A DNA stretch of 64,000 nucleotides from an uncultured Acidobacteriota bacterium (GCA_963822445.1 CAWGHO010000002.1:320001-384000), one strand, 5' to 3'. Positions 53,318 through 63,384 are shown, counted from the first letter of the stretch. Notes: generated by a model from the letters alone, not told the origin. Numbers and translations: made by a program.

Positions 53318-56300
53318 ATGTCTAAGCTTGGCAGGGTCCTGGTCGTTCTCCTCTTCGCGGTTCCTTCGTTTGCGCAGCTCGTCGTCACGCCCAGCAACAC
53401 GCAAGGGTGGACGTTCAACACGGCTGACAACGCGCCCGCGAACAATCCGTTGAATCCGCAACCGGCAGCCTTCCTGGCGCCGGGCTTTGAGACTCCTCCA
53501 CTCGGCAGCGGCAGTCTCCACCTCGCCACTGGAACCGACGGAGCCGACGTCGCGCAGGCGCGCCAGCCCGGTTACAACCTCGTCCGCCTCGACCAACTCA
53601 CCGCGCTTACCTACGCCACCTACACCGAGGTTGACGGCTCCGGCGACCAGTCGCCCTACCTGATCCTGAACATCGACTACAACGGGGACACCACCCTCGA
53701 TGATCAGATCTTCTTCGAGCCGGCCTATCAAAGCGCCGCATTCTTCCCGTCCAATCCTCAAGGCCCGCTCGTCGACGACACGTGGCAACAATGGGACGCT
53801 CTGAATGGCGGGTGGTGGTCGCTGAACAACATCTGCTTGGCCGGCCCAGGCGCGAACGTGAAAAGCATCGCCACGTACCTGACCTGTCAGCCGAATGCGC
53901 GGATCCTCAACAGTGGGTCAGGCCTTGGTGGCGTCCGCATCGTTACGGGCTTCGGTGCCGGCGCCTGGGACGACTTCCTCGGCGCCGCCGACAACTTCAC
54001 CATCGGCGTCTCCGGCGTCAACACCACGTACGACTTCGAGCCCGCGGCGGCAAACGTCGTCACGGTGACCATTCCCACGCCTGACGGCTGGACGTTCCAG
54101 GTCGTCGATGACGACACCGATACCGTCACCACGGGCACGATCAACATCGTTCCCGGCCCGGGGACACCGCCAATGGGCGACGGCAGCATCGAGTTCGTCC
54201 TCGGCACCGAAGGCGAGGACGGCGTGCAGGCCCGTAACAATGTGTACGACGGCCAGTTCATTCGCGACCTCGGAGAGCTCACCTACAGCACCTATGTCCA
54301 GACGCCCGGATCGGGCGGCCAGGCGCCGTACATTATTTTCGACATCGATCTGAACAACGACGGCGTTCGTGACGACCTCTGGTTCTTCGAGCCCGTTTAT
54401 CAGGACGGCACGTTCTGTCCCGAGAATCCGCAGGCCACCGTTGCCGTCGGCGCTTGGCAAACCTGGGATGCGGCGGGCGGCTGCTGGTATTCGCTTTTCG
54501 GCACCGCCGGCACCGGCCCGGGTGCCAACGTCGCACCGTTGTCCGTGCTCCTCGCCGCCGAACCGGACGCGCGTCTTTCGGCCAACATCGCCGGCGGCTC
54601 GTTGCGCATCGTCACCGGCTTCGGCGACCTCGCCTGGGACAACTTCGTCGGCAACGCCGACGCGCTCACCGTCTCCTTCCTGAGCACCGCCACCACCTAC
54701 GACTTCGAACCCGTCCCGACGATCATCATCAGCGATCTAGCCCAGCTCGAAGGCACCGGCGGCACGACGAACTTCGTCTTCAACCTCACCCTCTCCGAGC
54801 CCGTCAGCCAGACCGTCACCGTCGAGTACACGACCGCCGACGGAACGGCGACCGCCGCGGATCTCGATTACACGCCGGTGGTCGTCGCGGGCACGGCTAC
54901 CTTCACACCCGGGAGTACCGCGACCACCATCACCATCGTCGTCACCGCGGACAACAAGTTCGAGCTCGATGAAACGTTCTTCGTGAATCTCGCCAACCCC
55001 CAGTTCGCAACGATCGCCGACACGCAGGGCCAAGGAACGATTCAGAACGACGACGCCCAGCCGACGATCACCTTCACCAGCGACGTCGCGATGGCCGAAG
55101 GGAGCGGCGGCGGCACGACGAACTTCCCGTTCAACGTCACCCTCTCCAACCCGAGCTATCTGCCGATCACGGTCGACTTCACGACCAACGGCGTCACCGC
55201 GACCGAGGGCGTCGACTACACCGATGCCACCGGCACCCTGACATTCGTCCCCGGCGACACGGCCGAGGTGATCAACGTCGGCGTGGCCGCGGACACGGTC
55301 TTCGAGCCCGACGAAACATTCACCGTCGACCTTTCCAACGCGACCAACGCGACGATCCTCGATCCGCAGGCAACCGGCACGATTCAAAACGATGACGTGC
55401 AGCCGACCATCGCCTTCCTCGCCGATGTAGCCATGGCCGAAGGAAACGCCGGGACGACGAACTTCGTCTTCACCGTCAATCTCAGCAACGCCAGCTCCCA
55501 GACCATCACCGTCAATTACACGACCAATCCGGGAACCGCCACCGAGGGAACCGACTACGTCGATGCCACGGGCACGCTGACGTTCGTTCCCGGCGATGTC
55601 TCCGAGACCATCACCGTACTGGTGAACGGCGACGTGATCTTCGAAGCGGATGAAACGTTCTTCGTCGATCTCTCCGCTCCCACCAACGCCACCATTACCG
55701 ACGCGCAGGGAATCGGCACGATTCAGAACGACGACGCGGTGCCTTCGATCCTGATCAACGACGTCGCTCAGGTCGAGACCAACGCCGGTACGACCAACTT
55801 CGTCTTCACGGTCACGCTCAACAACGCCAGCTCGCAGACGGTCACCGTGAACTACACGACCACTCCGGGCACGGCGACCGAGGGTACTGATTACACGGAT
55901 GCCACCGGCACGCTCACGTTCGTGCCTGGCGACGTCTCCGAGACCATCACCGTCCCGGTCATCGGCGACACGATCTTCGAAGGCGACGAGACGTTCTTCG
56001 TCGACCTGTCCGGCGCGACCAACGCCACGATCGGCGACCCGCAGGGCCTCGGCACGATCCAGAACGACGACGCCGTTCCGCAGATGATCATCAACGACGT
56101 GACGCAGTTCGAGGGCACCGGCGGCACGACCAACTTTGTCTTCACCGTCACGCTTCTCACCGCGTCGGGCTTCCCGGTGACGGTGAATTACACGACCAAC
56201 CCCGGCACCGCGACCGAAGGCGTCGATTACGCCGACAGCACCGGCATCCTGACCTTCGTCCCCGGTGACCTCACCGAGACGATCACCGTGGTCGTGACGG

Positions 56301-56860
56301 CCGACAGCAGCTTCGAGCCGGACGAGACGTTCTTCGTCGATCTCTCCGGTGCGACCGGTGCAACGATCCTCGACGCGCAAGGCCTGGGGACGATTCAGAA
56401 CGACGACGGACCGGTGGCCGACATGTCGATCACCAAGGTCGGCCCGGCCTTCACGCCGCGCGATCAGAACGTGACCTACACCATCACCGTCACCAACGCC
56501 GGCCCCGACACCGCGTCGAACGTGGTCGTCACCGACGTTCTCCCGGCTGGTACCACCTTCGTCTCGGCCACGCCGTCGCAGGGAAGCTGCTCCGGCACGA
56601 CCACCGTTACCTGCACCCTCGGCGCGATGCTCAGCGGCAGCAACGCAACGATTACGCTGGTCGTCACGCCGCCGTCCGCCGGTACGTTCACCAACACGGC
56701 GACGGTCACCAACACCCCTGAAGTCGATCCGACGCCTGGAAACAACGCCGGCACGCAGTTCACGGCGATCAGCTCCTCGGACATCCCCACGCTCAACGAG
56801 TGGATGCTCATGGCTCTCATGAGCGCGCTCCTGGCCCTGGCAGTGTTCAAATTGAAGTAG
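53318..56860 (+). CDS. Surface protein: two tandem N-terminal beta-rich domains, 5 Calx-beta repeats, DUF11, IPTL-CTERM sorting signal
   Basis: Signal peptide; repeats (EG..GTTNFVFTV.L...DY...G.LTFVPG...E.DETFFVDLS...GTIQNDD); TITVTNAGPD; IPTLNEW+TM+K. Confidence 0.88.
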   Translation: MSKLGRVLVVLLFAVPSFAQLVVTPSNTQGWTFNTADNAPANNPLNPQPAAFLAPGFETPPLGSGSLHLATGTDGADVAQARQPGYNLVRLDQLTALTYATYTEVDGSGDQSPYLILNIDYNGDTTLDDQIFFEPAYQSAAFFPSNPQGPLVDDTWQQWDALNGGWWSLNNICLAGPGANVKSIATYLTCQPNARILNSGSGLGGVRIVTGFGAGAWDDFLGAADNFTIGVSGVNTTYDFEPAAANVVTVTIPTPDGWTFQVVDDDTDTVTTGTINIVPGPGTPPMGDGSIEFVLGTEGEDGVQARNNVYDGQFIRDLGELTYSTYVQTPGSGGQAPYIIFDIDLNNDGVRDDLWFFEPVYQDGTFCPENPQATVAVGAWQTWDAAGGCWYSLFGTAGTGPGANVAPLSVLLAAEPDARLSANIAGGSLRIVTGFGDLAWDNFVGNADALTVSFLSTATTYDFEPVPTIIISDLAQLEGTGGTTNFVFNLTLSEPVSQTVTVEYTTADGTATAADLDYTPVVVAGTATFTPGSTATTITIVVTADNKFELDETFFVNLANPQFATIADTQGQGTIQNDDAQPTITFTSDVAMAEGSGGGTTNFPFNVTLSNPSYLPITVDFTTNGVTATEGVDYTDATGTLTFVPGDTAEVINVGVAADTVFEPDETFTVDLSNATNATILDPQATGTIQNDDVQPTIAFLADVAMAEGNAGTTNFVFTVNLSNASSQTITVNYTTNPGTATEGTDYVDATGTLTFVPGDVSETITVLVNGDVIFEADETFFVDLSAPTNATITDAQGIGTIQNDDAVPSILINDVAQVETNAGTTNFVFTVTLNNASSQTVTVNYTTTPGTATEGTDYTDATGTLTFVPGDVSETITVPVIGDTIFEGDETFFVDLSGATNATIGDPQGLGTIQNDDAVPQMIINDVTQFEGTGGTTNFVFTVTLLTASGFPVTVNYTTNPGTATEGVDYADSTGILTFVPGDLTETITVVVTADSSFEPDETFFVDLSGATGATILDAQGLGTIQNDDGPVADMSITKVGPAFTPRDQNVTYTITVTNAGPDTASNVVVTDVLPAGTTFVSATPSQGSCSGTTTVTCTLGAMLSGSNATITLVVTPPSAGTFTNTATVTNTPEVDPTPGNNAGTQFTAISSSDIPTLNEWMLMALMSALLALAVFKLK

Positions 56861-57660
56861 TGCTTCTCTGCACCGTTCGTGATTGCCGGCAGCCGCTGTT
56901 CCGAAAGGAACAGCGGCTGTCGTGTTCTAACGGCCATTCCTTCGACGTGGCCCGCAGCGGCTACATCAATCTTCTGCAGCCCCAGGATCGCCGCTCCAAA
57001 ACGCCCGGCGACACGCCGGAAGCCGTCGCGGCGCGGCGGCGATTTCTCGATCGTGGATTCGCCGAGCCGCTCGTGCAGCGAATCGTCGAGGCATTGCCGC
57101 TCGCGAAAAACGACACTCTTCTCGATGCCGGTTGCGGCGAAGGCCACCATCTCGGCGCCTTCCGTCGCGCGTACGGCGTCGACGCTCACGGCGTGGACAT
57201 CTCCGTTCCGGCGATCGAGGCCGCCGCGAAGCGTTATCGCGATTGCACGTGGATCGTGGCGAATGCCGACCGCTTTCTGCCGTACGCCGACGGTTCCTTC
57301 ACCGCGGTGGCCACGATCACCGCTCGGCTGAATCCGGAGGAGTTCCGCCGCGTCCTCGCGCCGCACGGAAAGCTGCTGGTGGTGATACCCGGCGCCGACG
57401 ATCTGGTCGAGCTGCGCGAAGCAATCCTCGGCGACCGCGTCGAACGCGACCGCGCCGAGCGGACGGTCGAGATGTTCGCGCCGCAATTCGCGCTTCTCCG
57501 CCATGAGCGGGTCGCGCACGCGGTCCGGCTCGATCGCGAGGCAATGCTCGACGTGATGTCGTCGTCCTATCGCGGTTTGCGTGTTCGCGAGCGGGAGAGA
57601 CTCGAACAGCTCGAGGCGATGGATGTGACGCTAGCGCGGGATGTATTGATTTTCGGGTGA
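56860..57660 (+). CDS. RlmA-like 23S rRNA (guanine-N1) methyltransferase
   Basis: C.NGHSFDVARSGYINLL, PGD..E.V.ARR.FL, LDAGCGEG. Confidence 0.82.
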   Translation: MLLCTVRDCRQPLFRKEQRLSCSNGHSFDVARSGYINLLQPQDRRSKTPGDTPEAVAARRRFLDRGFAEPLVQRIVEALPLAKNDTLLDAGCGEGHHLGAFRRAYGVDAHGVDISVPAIEAAAKRYRDCTWIVANADRFLPYADGSFTAVATITARLNPEEFRRVLAPHGKLLVVIPGADDLVELREAILGDRVERDRAERTVEMFAPQFALLRHERVAHAVRLDREAMLDVMSSSYRGLRVRERERLEQLEAMDVTLARDVLIFG

Positions 57661-58011
57661 ATCGCCCGACGGATACACGCGCATCATCCCGATCAACGAG
57701 ACGATCCACGCCGGAATGAACAGGCGCCAGTCGCGCCCGAGAAACGCGGCCATCAGACCGAAGATCGCGCAGGACTCGAAGATCGCCAGGGCGATGATCA
57801 TCTTCAGCCGGGCGGGCGCGCGCATCAGACGCGGCAGAACGAAACCGGCGATGAATGCGGCGAGGACAAAGCCGTAAAGCACGAGCGTGTACGGCTGTCT
57901 CAGCGCAACCTCGAAGGCGTTCGGCCGCTCGCGCAGAACCATGTACGCCATGGCGGCGTAAATCACCGTGCTGAACACCATCGCGGCCCAGAGCACCTTG
58001 TCGATCTTCAT
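57631..58011 (-). CDS. Small hypothetical membrane protein (~4 TM)
   Basis: Hydrophobic ORF MKIDKVLWAAM..; TAGAAT 7 nt upstream. Confidence 0.7.
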   Translation of the reverse strand: MKIDKVLWAAMVFSTVIYAAMAYMVLRERPNAFEVALRQPYTLVLYGFVLAAFIAGFVLPRLMRAPARLKMIIALAIFESCAIFGLMAAFLGRDWRLFIPAWIVSLIGMMRVYPSGDSPENQYIPR

Positions 58012-58017
58012 GGCCGC

Positions 58018-58033
58018 GATTCTACGTAGAATC
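58018..58033. promoter_or_regulatory. Perfect palindrome carrying back-to-back TAGAAT -10 boxes (putative bidirectional leaderless promoter)
   Basis: GATTCTACGTAGAATC; TAGAAT lies 6 nt and 7 nt from the two divergent ATGs. Confidence 0.65.
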
Positions 58034-58038
58034 CAGCG

Positions 58039-58836
58039 ATGCGCCGCCAACTCGCTCTTCTGTCCGTACTGCTTTTCTGCGCATGCGCGACCACGCGCGG
58101 GGTCGATCTCGCCTCCGCGGAACTGATCGATCTCACCCACACCTACGACGATCAGACGCTGTACTGGCCATCCTCACCGCCGGCGCGGTTCGAGCTGAAG
58201 GAGCTCGCGTACGGCCGGACGCCGGGCGGCTACTTCTACTCGTCGTACGCGGTCTGCACGCCGGAGCACGGCGGTACGCACATGGACGCTCCGATTCATT
58301 TCGCCGAAGGACGCAGGACCGCCGATCAGATTCCGCTCAGTCAGCTGATCGCACCGGCCGTGGTGATCGACGTCGCCGCGAAAGCAGCAGCGGACGCCGA
58401 TTACCGCCTGACCGCCGCCGACGTGCGTGACTGGGAACAGCGCCACGGAACGATCGCCGCGGGCACGATCGTCCTGCTGCGCACGGGCTGGAGCAAGCGC
58501 TGGCCGGACCGGCTCGCCTACTTCGGCGACGGCAGCACGACCTCCTCCGCGAACCTGCACTTCCCCTCGTACGGCGAAGACGCGGCACGCCTGCTCGTGA
58601 CCGAGCGCCGCGTGGCCGCGATCGGCGTCGACACGGCCAGCATCGACTACGGCGCGTCGAAGGACTTCATCGTTCACCAGATCGCGAACGGCGCGGACGT
58701 TCCCGGCCTCGAGAACATCACCAACCTCGAGCGCGTGCCCACGCGGGGCGCGTGGATCATCGCCTTGCCGATGAAGATCGGACGAGGCTCAGGCGCGCCG
58801 GTCCGGATCGTCGCCGCCGTGCCGCGGGCTGAGTGA
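58039..58836 (+). CDS. Cyclase family (kynurenine formamidase-like) metal hydrolase, exported
   Basis: HGGTHMDAP, LLRTGW, GVDTASID, ENITNL. Confidence 0.88.
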   Translation: MRRQLALLSVLLFCACATTRGVDLASAELIDLTHTYDDQTLYWPSSPPARFELKELAYGRTPGGYFYSSYAVCTPEHGGTHMDAPIHFAEGRRTADQIPLSQLIAPAVVIDVAAKAAADADYRLTAADVRDWEQRHGTIAAGTIVLLRTGWSKRWPDRLAYFGDGSTTSSANLHFPSYGEDAARLLVTERRVAAIGVDTASIDYGASKDFIVHQIANGADVPGLENITNLERVPTRGAWIIALPMKIGRGSGAPVRIVAAVPRAE

Positions 58837-59046
58837 GATGAGCTCGGACTTGCGGTAAAGCACTCCGACCGCGAGCCCCGCCGCTGGAAGAAGCGCATAC
58901 GGCGAGCGGGTCGCCAGGAAAAGCCAGATCGCCAATGCCACGGCGATCACCAGGGCGATCGCAATCCCGATCCGGCCGGCGAGCCGCGCCACGCGCCCCA
59001 TCGCGACGCCGATGAACGCGGCGAGCGCGATGAGTAGCGATGGCAT
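58789..59046 (-). CDS. Small hypothetical membrane protein
   Basis: Hydrophobic 85-aa ORF downstream of msrBA. Confidence 0.5.
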   Translation of the reverse strand: MPSLLIALAAFIGVAMGRVARLAGRIGIAIALVIAVALAIWLFLATRSPYALLPAAGLAVGVLYRKSELISLSPRHGGDDPDRRA

Positions 59047-59097
59047 CCAACTGCCGAAAAGCGTTCGGATCTCGGCCTCGCCGGCCGCCTTACCCTT

Positions 59098-60159
59098 TCA
59101 GTCACCGTCGAATTTCACCGGCCGGATGTAGTGGCAGGTGTATCCGTTCGGATTCTTCTGCAGGTAATCCTGGTGATAGTCCTCCGCGGTCCAGAACTCC
59201 TTCGCCGAAACGATCTCCGTCACGACAGGACGCTTCCAGGCGCCGGACTTGTCGACTTTCGCTTTCATCTTCTCCGCGGCCTGACGCTGTTCGTCGCTGT
59301 GGACGAAGATCGCCGAGCGGTACGACGTGCCGATGTCGTTGCCCTGCCGGTTGAGCGTGGTCGGGTCGTGGATCTTGAAGAAGAACTCGAGGATCTCCTC
59401 GTACTTGATCCGCGACGGGTCGAACGTGATCTCGATCGCCTCGGCATGCCCTTCGTGATTCTGGTACGTCGCGTTCTTGACCGAGCCGCCGGTGTAGCCG
59501 ACGGTCGTGTCGGTGACGCCCGGCAGCTGGCGGATCAGTTCCTCGACGCCCCAGAAGCAGCCGCCGGCGAGGGTGGCCTTCTCCAGGCGGGCGCCTTTGA
59601 CGGCCGTCTTCTCGAACAGCGGCTTGTAGCGGCCGTAGCCCTCGGCCTCGAGCTTGTCGACGGGGATGAACCGCATCGACGCGGAGTTCATGCAGTAGCG
59701 CAGGCCGGTCGGTGCCGGGCCGTCGTCGAAGACGTGGCCGAGGTGGGAGTTCGCGGTTTTCGAGCGGACTTCGGTGCGGACCATGAAGAGCTTGCGGTCC
59801 TTGACCTCGGTAACATTCGCGGGCTCGAGCGGGCGGGTGAAGCTCGGCCAGCCCGTGCCGGAGTCGAACTTGTCGAGCGACGAGAACAGCGGCTCGCCGG
59901 AGACCACGTCGACGTAGATGCCGGCCTCGTGGTTGTTCCAGTACTCGTTCCGGAAGGGAGGCTCCGTCGCGTCGTTCTGGGTGACGTCGTACTGCAGCGG
60001 TGTGAGTTTCTTCCGAAGCTCGTCGTCGGACGGCTTGGCGGGGGCGGTCATCTTGCCTCCTTTGGCGTCATTCGCGGCTGAGAGGGGCGCTGACTGCGAT
60101 TGCACGCAGCCCGCGAGAAAGAGGATCAAGGCAAAACTGAAGAGTCTCCGTGGGTTCAC
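59098..60159 (-). CDS. msrAB: Bifunctional methionine sulfoxide reductase (MsrB-MsrA order) with lipoprotein signal
   Basis: LAGC lipobox; [20 protein letters not shown] (MsrB); [23 protein letters not shown] (MsrA). Confidence 0.93.
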   Translation of the reverse strand: MNPRRLFSFALILFLAGCVQSQSAPLSAANDAKGGKMTAPAKPSDDELRKKLTPLQYDVTQNDATEPPFRNEYWNNHEAGIYVDVVSGEPLFSSLDKFDSGTGWPSFTRPLEPANVTEVKDRKLFMVRTEVRSKTANSHLGHVFDDGPAPTGLRYCMNSASMRFIPVDKLEAEGYGRYKPLFEKTAVKGARLEKATLAGGCFWGVEELIRQLPGVTDTTVGYTGGSVKNATYQNHEGHAEAIEITFDPSRIKYEEILEFFFKIHDPTTLNRQGNDIGTSYRSAIFVHSDEQRQAAEKMKAKVDKSGAWKRPVVTEIVSAKEFWTAEDYHQDYLQKNPNGYTCHYIRPVKFDGD

Positions 60160-60322
60160 CGCAAATGCCTCCTGGCGTTCGAAAACGGCATCGCCTGCAC
60201 TGATATTCGATGCTGCCGGGTAGGCAATGGTTTCGACAAGCGTGATCCGGCTCACGCGGGGCCGGCAAAACTCTCATCCTCCGCCACATTTGCGCCGCAA
60301 ACGCCGCTCAGATTGAGTGGCC

Positions 60323-61867
60323 ATGAAACGGATTTTCCTCTCGCTCCTGATCGCGGCCGCCGCCACGGCCCAGACCATCGAAATTCCCCCGGCGACCCCT
60401 GCCGGACGTCAGCTCCAGGCCCACCTCGCCCACGGCGCCGACATGCATGTTTTCAACGTCTATGCCCCGGCCGGCTACCACCTGCTCTGGTCGCGCGACG
60501 GCCGCCCGACTGCTCAGGCCCAGGCGGTGATCGCGCTGATGAGAGCCGCCGACGCAAAGGCGCTCGACCCGAGCCGCTACCACTTCGTTGCGAACGATCC
60601 GGTGACGTTCGACGTCAGCCTGACCTCGAGCCTCATCCGCTACGCCTCCGACCTCCGCATCGGCCGCGTCCATCCGACCGCTCAGTTCGACCTCGATGCC
60701 GACGCGAAACAGGTTTACCTCCCCGGGCTGGTCATGCGCGTGAGCGAAGCTGCCGATCCGGTCGCGCTCCTCACCGCCCTCGAGCCGCAAACCGTCGAAT
60801 ACCGCCAGCTGCTCGCCGCGCTGGCCAACTGGCGCCGCATCGCCGCGGAATCGGCAAATGAGCCGGCGCTGCCGGCGGTGGCGAAGCTCGCGACCGGCGA
60901 CACGTACGCCGCGTTGCCGCAGCTGACCGCCCGCCTCCGCCGTTTCGGCGACCTCACCGTCGATTACGAAGGCACGATTTACGACGGTGCAATCGTCGAG
61001 GCGGTCAAGCGCTTCCAGTCGCGCCACGGCCTCGAGGCCGACGGCGTCATCAGCACCCGCACCTTCGCCGCGCTCAACGTGCCCGCTTCGCAACGCGTGA
61101 AGCAGATCGAATGGTCGCTCGAGCGGTCCCGCTGGATATCCGCGCAGAACGAAGGGCCGTCGATCGTGGTGAACATCCCCGAGTTCCGTCTGACCGCGCG
61201 CAATGCGAAAGGCGAGACGCTGGAGATGCGCGTCGTGGTCGGCCGCGCGTCACGCAACGAGACTCCGGTGTTCGAAGGCGACCTGCGCACGGTCGTGTTC
61301 CGCCCGTCGTGGAGCGTGCCGATGAGCATCCAGCGCGGCGAGATCGCGCCGAAGCTGGAGAAGGACCCGACGTACCTTGCGCGCAACAACTACGAGATCA
61401 CCGACGGCACTACGACGATCGATGCCGAGACCATCAACCGCATCCGCACCGGTGCGCTCCGCATCCGCCAGAAACCGGGCACCGCGAACGCCCTGGGGCT
61501 GGTGAAGTTCTTCTTCCCCAACGACAACAACGTCTACCTGCACTCGACCCCGCAGCAATTGCTCTTCGCGCGGTCGCGGCGCGACTTCAGCCACGGCTGC
61601 ATCCGCGTCGAGGATCCCGAAGCGCTCGCGGCGTTCGTGCTGGGCTGGACGCCGGAGAAAGTCCGCGCGGCAATGAACGGCAAGCGCGACGACAACTACG
61701 TGAAGCTCGCCCAGTCCGTGAACGTGCGCATCCTCTACGCGACCGCGGTGGCCCGTGCGAACGGCGAGGTGCACTTCTTCGACGACATCTACGGCCACGA
61801 CGTGGAACTGGCGCGGGTCCTCGCGCCGCGGACGAAAACTGCAGCCGCCGTGGTTGCTGCCAAGTAG
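60323..61867 (+). CDS. L,D-transpeptidase, YcbB/LdtD family with peptidoglycan-binding domain
   Basis: AVKRFQSRHGL..DG, VNIPEF.L, NALGLVKF.FPN...VYLHSTP, FSHGCIRV. Confidence 0.92.
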   Translation: MKRIFLSLLIAAAATAQTIEIPPATPAGRQLQAHLAHGADMHVFNVYAPAGYHLLWSRDGRPTAQAQAVIALMRAADAKALDPSRYHFVANDPVTFDVSLTSSLIRYASDLRIGRVHPTAQFDLDADAKQVYLPGLVMRVSEAADPVALLTALEPQTVEYRQLLAALANWRRIAAESANEPALPAVAKLATGDTYAALPQLTARLRRFGDLTVDYEGTIYDGAIVEAVKRFQSRHGLEADGVISTRTFAALNVPASQRVKQIEWSLERSRWISAQNEGPSIVVNIPEFRLTARNAKGETLEMRVVVGRASRNETPVFEGDLRTVVFRPSWSVPMSIQRGEIAPKLEKDPTYLARNNYEITDGTTTIDAETINRIRTGALRIRQKPGTANALGLVKFFFPNDNNVYLHSTPQQLLFARSRRDFSHGCIRVEDPEALAAFVLGWTPEKVRAAMNGKRDDNYVKLAQSVNVRILYATAVARANGEVHFFDDIYGHDVELARVLAPRTKTAAAVVAAK

Positions 61868-61871
61868 CAAG

Positions 61872-62025
61872 AGGGAACGACGAGAGGCCTCCGGCGGGCC
61901 GGCCCGGCCGGCAGCGCTGGTGTTGGCGTAAACGCGAGTTGCGCTAGCTACCGCGAGTTCGGCAGACGGCACAACCAGCGCTGCCGGCCCGTGGCCGGCC
62001 CGCCGGAGGCCTCTCGTCGTTCCCT
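61872..62025. repeat. ~150 bp palindromic interspersed element, copy 2
   Basis: Perfect 33-bp terminal inverted repeat agggaacgacgagaggcctccggcgggccggcc; same internal loop as copy 1. Confidence 0.88.
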
Positions 62026-62060
62026 GTTGCCCCGGCACACACACAGCGATAATGCCGCGC

Positions 62061-63377
62061 ATGCAAGAGCGCGACTATCCGGTCTGGAAGGTCATCGCCG
62101 CCGCTGCCGCAGGCACGATGATCGAGTGGTACGACTTCTACATCTTCGGCAGCCTCGCCGTGATCATGTCCGGGCAGTTCTTCCCCAAAGACAATCCCAC
62201 CGCCGGTTTTCTGCTCACACTGGCCACGTTCGCGACCGGCTTCGCCGTCCGTCCGTTCGGCGCGATCTTCTTCGGCCGCATCGGCGATCTGATCGGCCGC
62301 AAGTACGCGTTCCTGGTCACGCTGCTGATCATGGGCGGGGCGACGTTCATCATCGGCCTGCTGCCGACGTACGAGCAGATCGGTCTGGCCGCGCCGGTGA
62401 TCCTCGTCGTTCTGCGACTCCTGCAAGGCCTCGCGCTCGGCGGCGAGTACGGCGGCGCCGCGGTGTACGTCGCCGAGCACGTCCCCGACAACAAGCGCGG
62501 CTTCTACACGAGCTTCATCCAGACCACAGCCACCCTCGGCCTCTTCGTCTCGCTCGGCGTCATTCTGCTCGTTCGCACGTCGATGACCGAGGTTGCGTTC
62601 AAGAGCTGGGGATGGCGGATTCCGTATCTCCTCTCGATTCTGCTCGTGCTGATGTCGCTCTACATCCGCCTGCGATTGAAAGAGTCGCCGCTCTTCACGC
62701 AGCTCAAGAACGCGGGCAAGACGTCGACCGCTCCATTGCGCGACTCGCTCGGCAGCCGCCGCAACTGGAAGGTGATCTTCCTCGTCCTGTTCGGCGCGAC
62801 CGCGGGGCAGGCGGTGGTCTGGTACACGGGACAGTTCTACGCGCTGATCTTCCTGCAGAAGGAACTGGCTGTCGATTTCGTGAAGGCCAACGTCATCGTG
62901 GCCATCGCCCTGGCTCTGGCGACACCGTTCTTCATCGTCTTCGGCGCGCTGTCCGACCGCATCGGCCGCATGAAAATCATGATGGCCGGCAATCTCATCG
63001 CCGCGATCTCCTACTACCCGATCTACCAGGCCATGAAAGCGGCATCCGACCCCCTGCAGCCGGTGCTGATGACCGCGCTGGTTTTCATCCAGGTCATCTT
63101 CGTGACCATGGTGTACGGGCCGATCGCGGCGTTTCTGGTCGAAGCGTTCCCGGCGAAGATCCGCTACACGTCGCTGTCCCTGCCGTACCACATCGGCAAC
63201 GGCTGGTTCGGCGGTTTCACGCCGCTCATCGCGACCTCGCTCGTCGCGCGCACCGGTCACATTTACGCGGGACTCTGGTACCCGATCATCGTCGCCCTGA
63301 TGACCTTCGTCGTCGGCTCGCTCTTTCTGAAGGAATCGAAGGACGTGAAGATCTGGGACGAGGTGGACGCGGCTTAG
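62061..63377 (+). CDS. MFS transporter, metabolite:H+ symporter (MHS) family
   Basis: IEWYDFYIFG, RPFGAIFFG.IGD.IGRK, GGEYGGA, WGWRIP. Confidence 0.93.
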   Translation: MQERDYPVWKVIAAAAAGTMIEWYDFYIFGSLAVIMSGQFFPKDNPTAGFLLTLATFATGFAVRPFGAIFFGRIGDLIGRKYAFLVTLLIMGGATFIIGLLPTYEQIGLAAPVILVVLRLLQGLALGGEYGGAAVYVAEHVPDNKRGFYTSFIQTTATLGLFVSLGVILLVRTSMTEVAFKSWGWRIPYLLSILLVLMSLYIRLRLKESPLFTQLKNAGKTSTAPLRDSLGSRRNWKVIFLVLFGATAGQAVVWYTGQFYALIFLQKELAVDFVKANVIVAIALALATPFFIVFGALSDRIGRMKIMMAGNLIAAISYYPIYQAMKAASDPLQPVLMTALVFIQVIFVTMVYGPIAAFLVEAFPAKIRYTSLSLPYHIGNGWFGGFTPLIATSLVARTGHIYAGLWYPIIVALMTFVVGSLFLKESKDVKIWDEVDAA

Positions 63378-63384
63378 CGGCCGG

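Noticed and set aside
54715-56410. ~350-bp periodic DNA repeats that could suggest an array
   Set aside because: They are the coding Calx-beta repeats; no CRISPR repeat-spacer structure or cas genes were seen anywhere in the window
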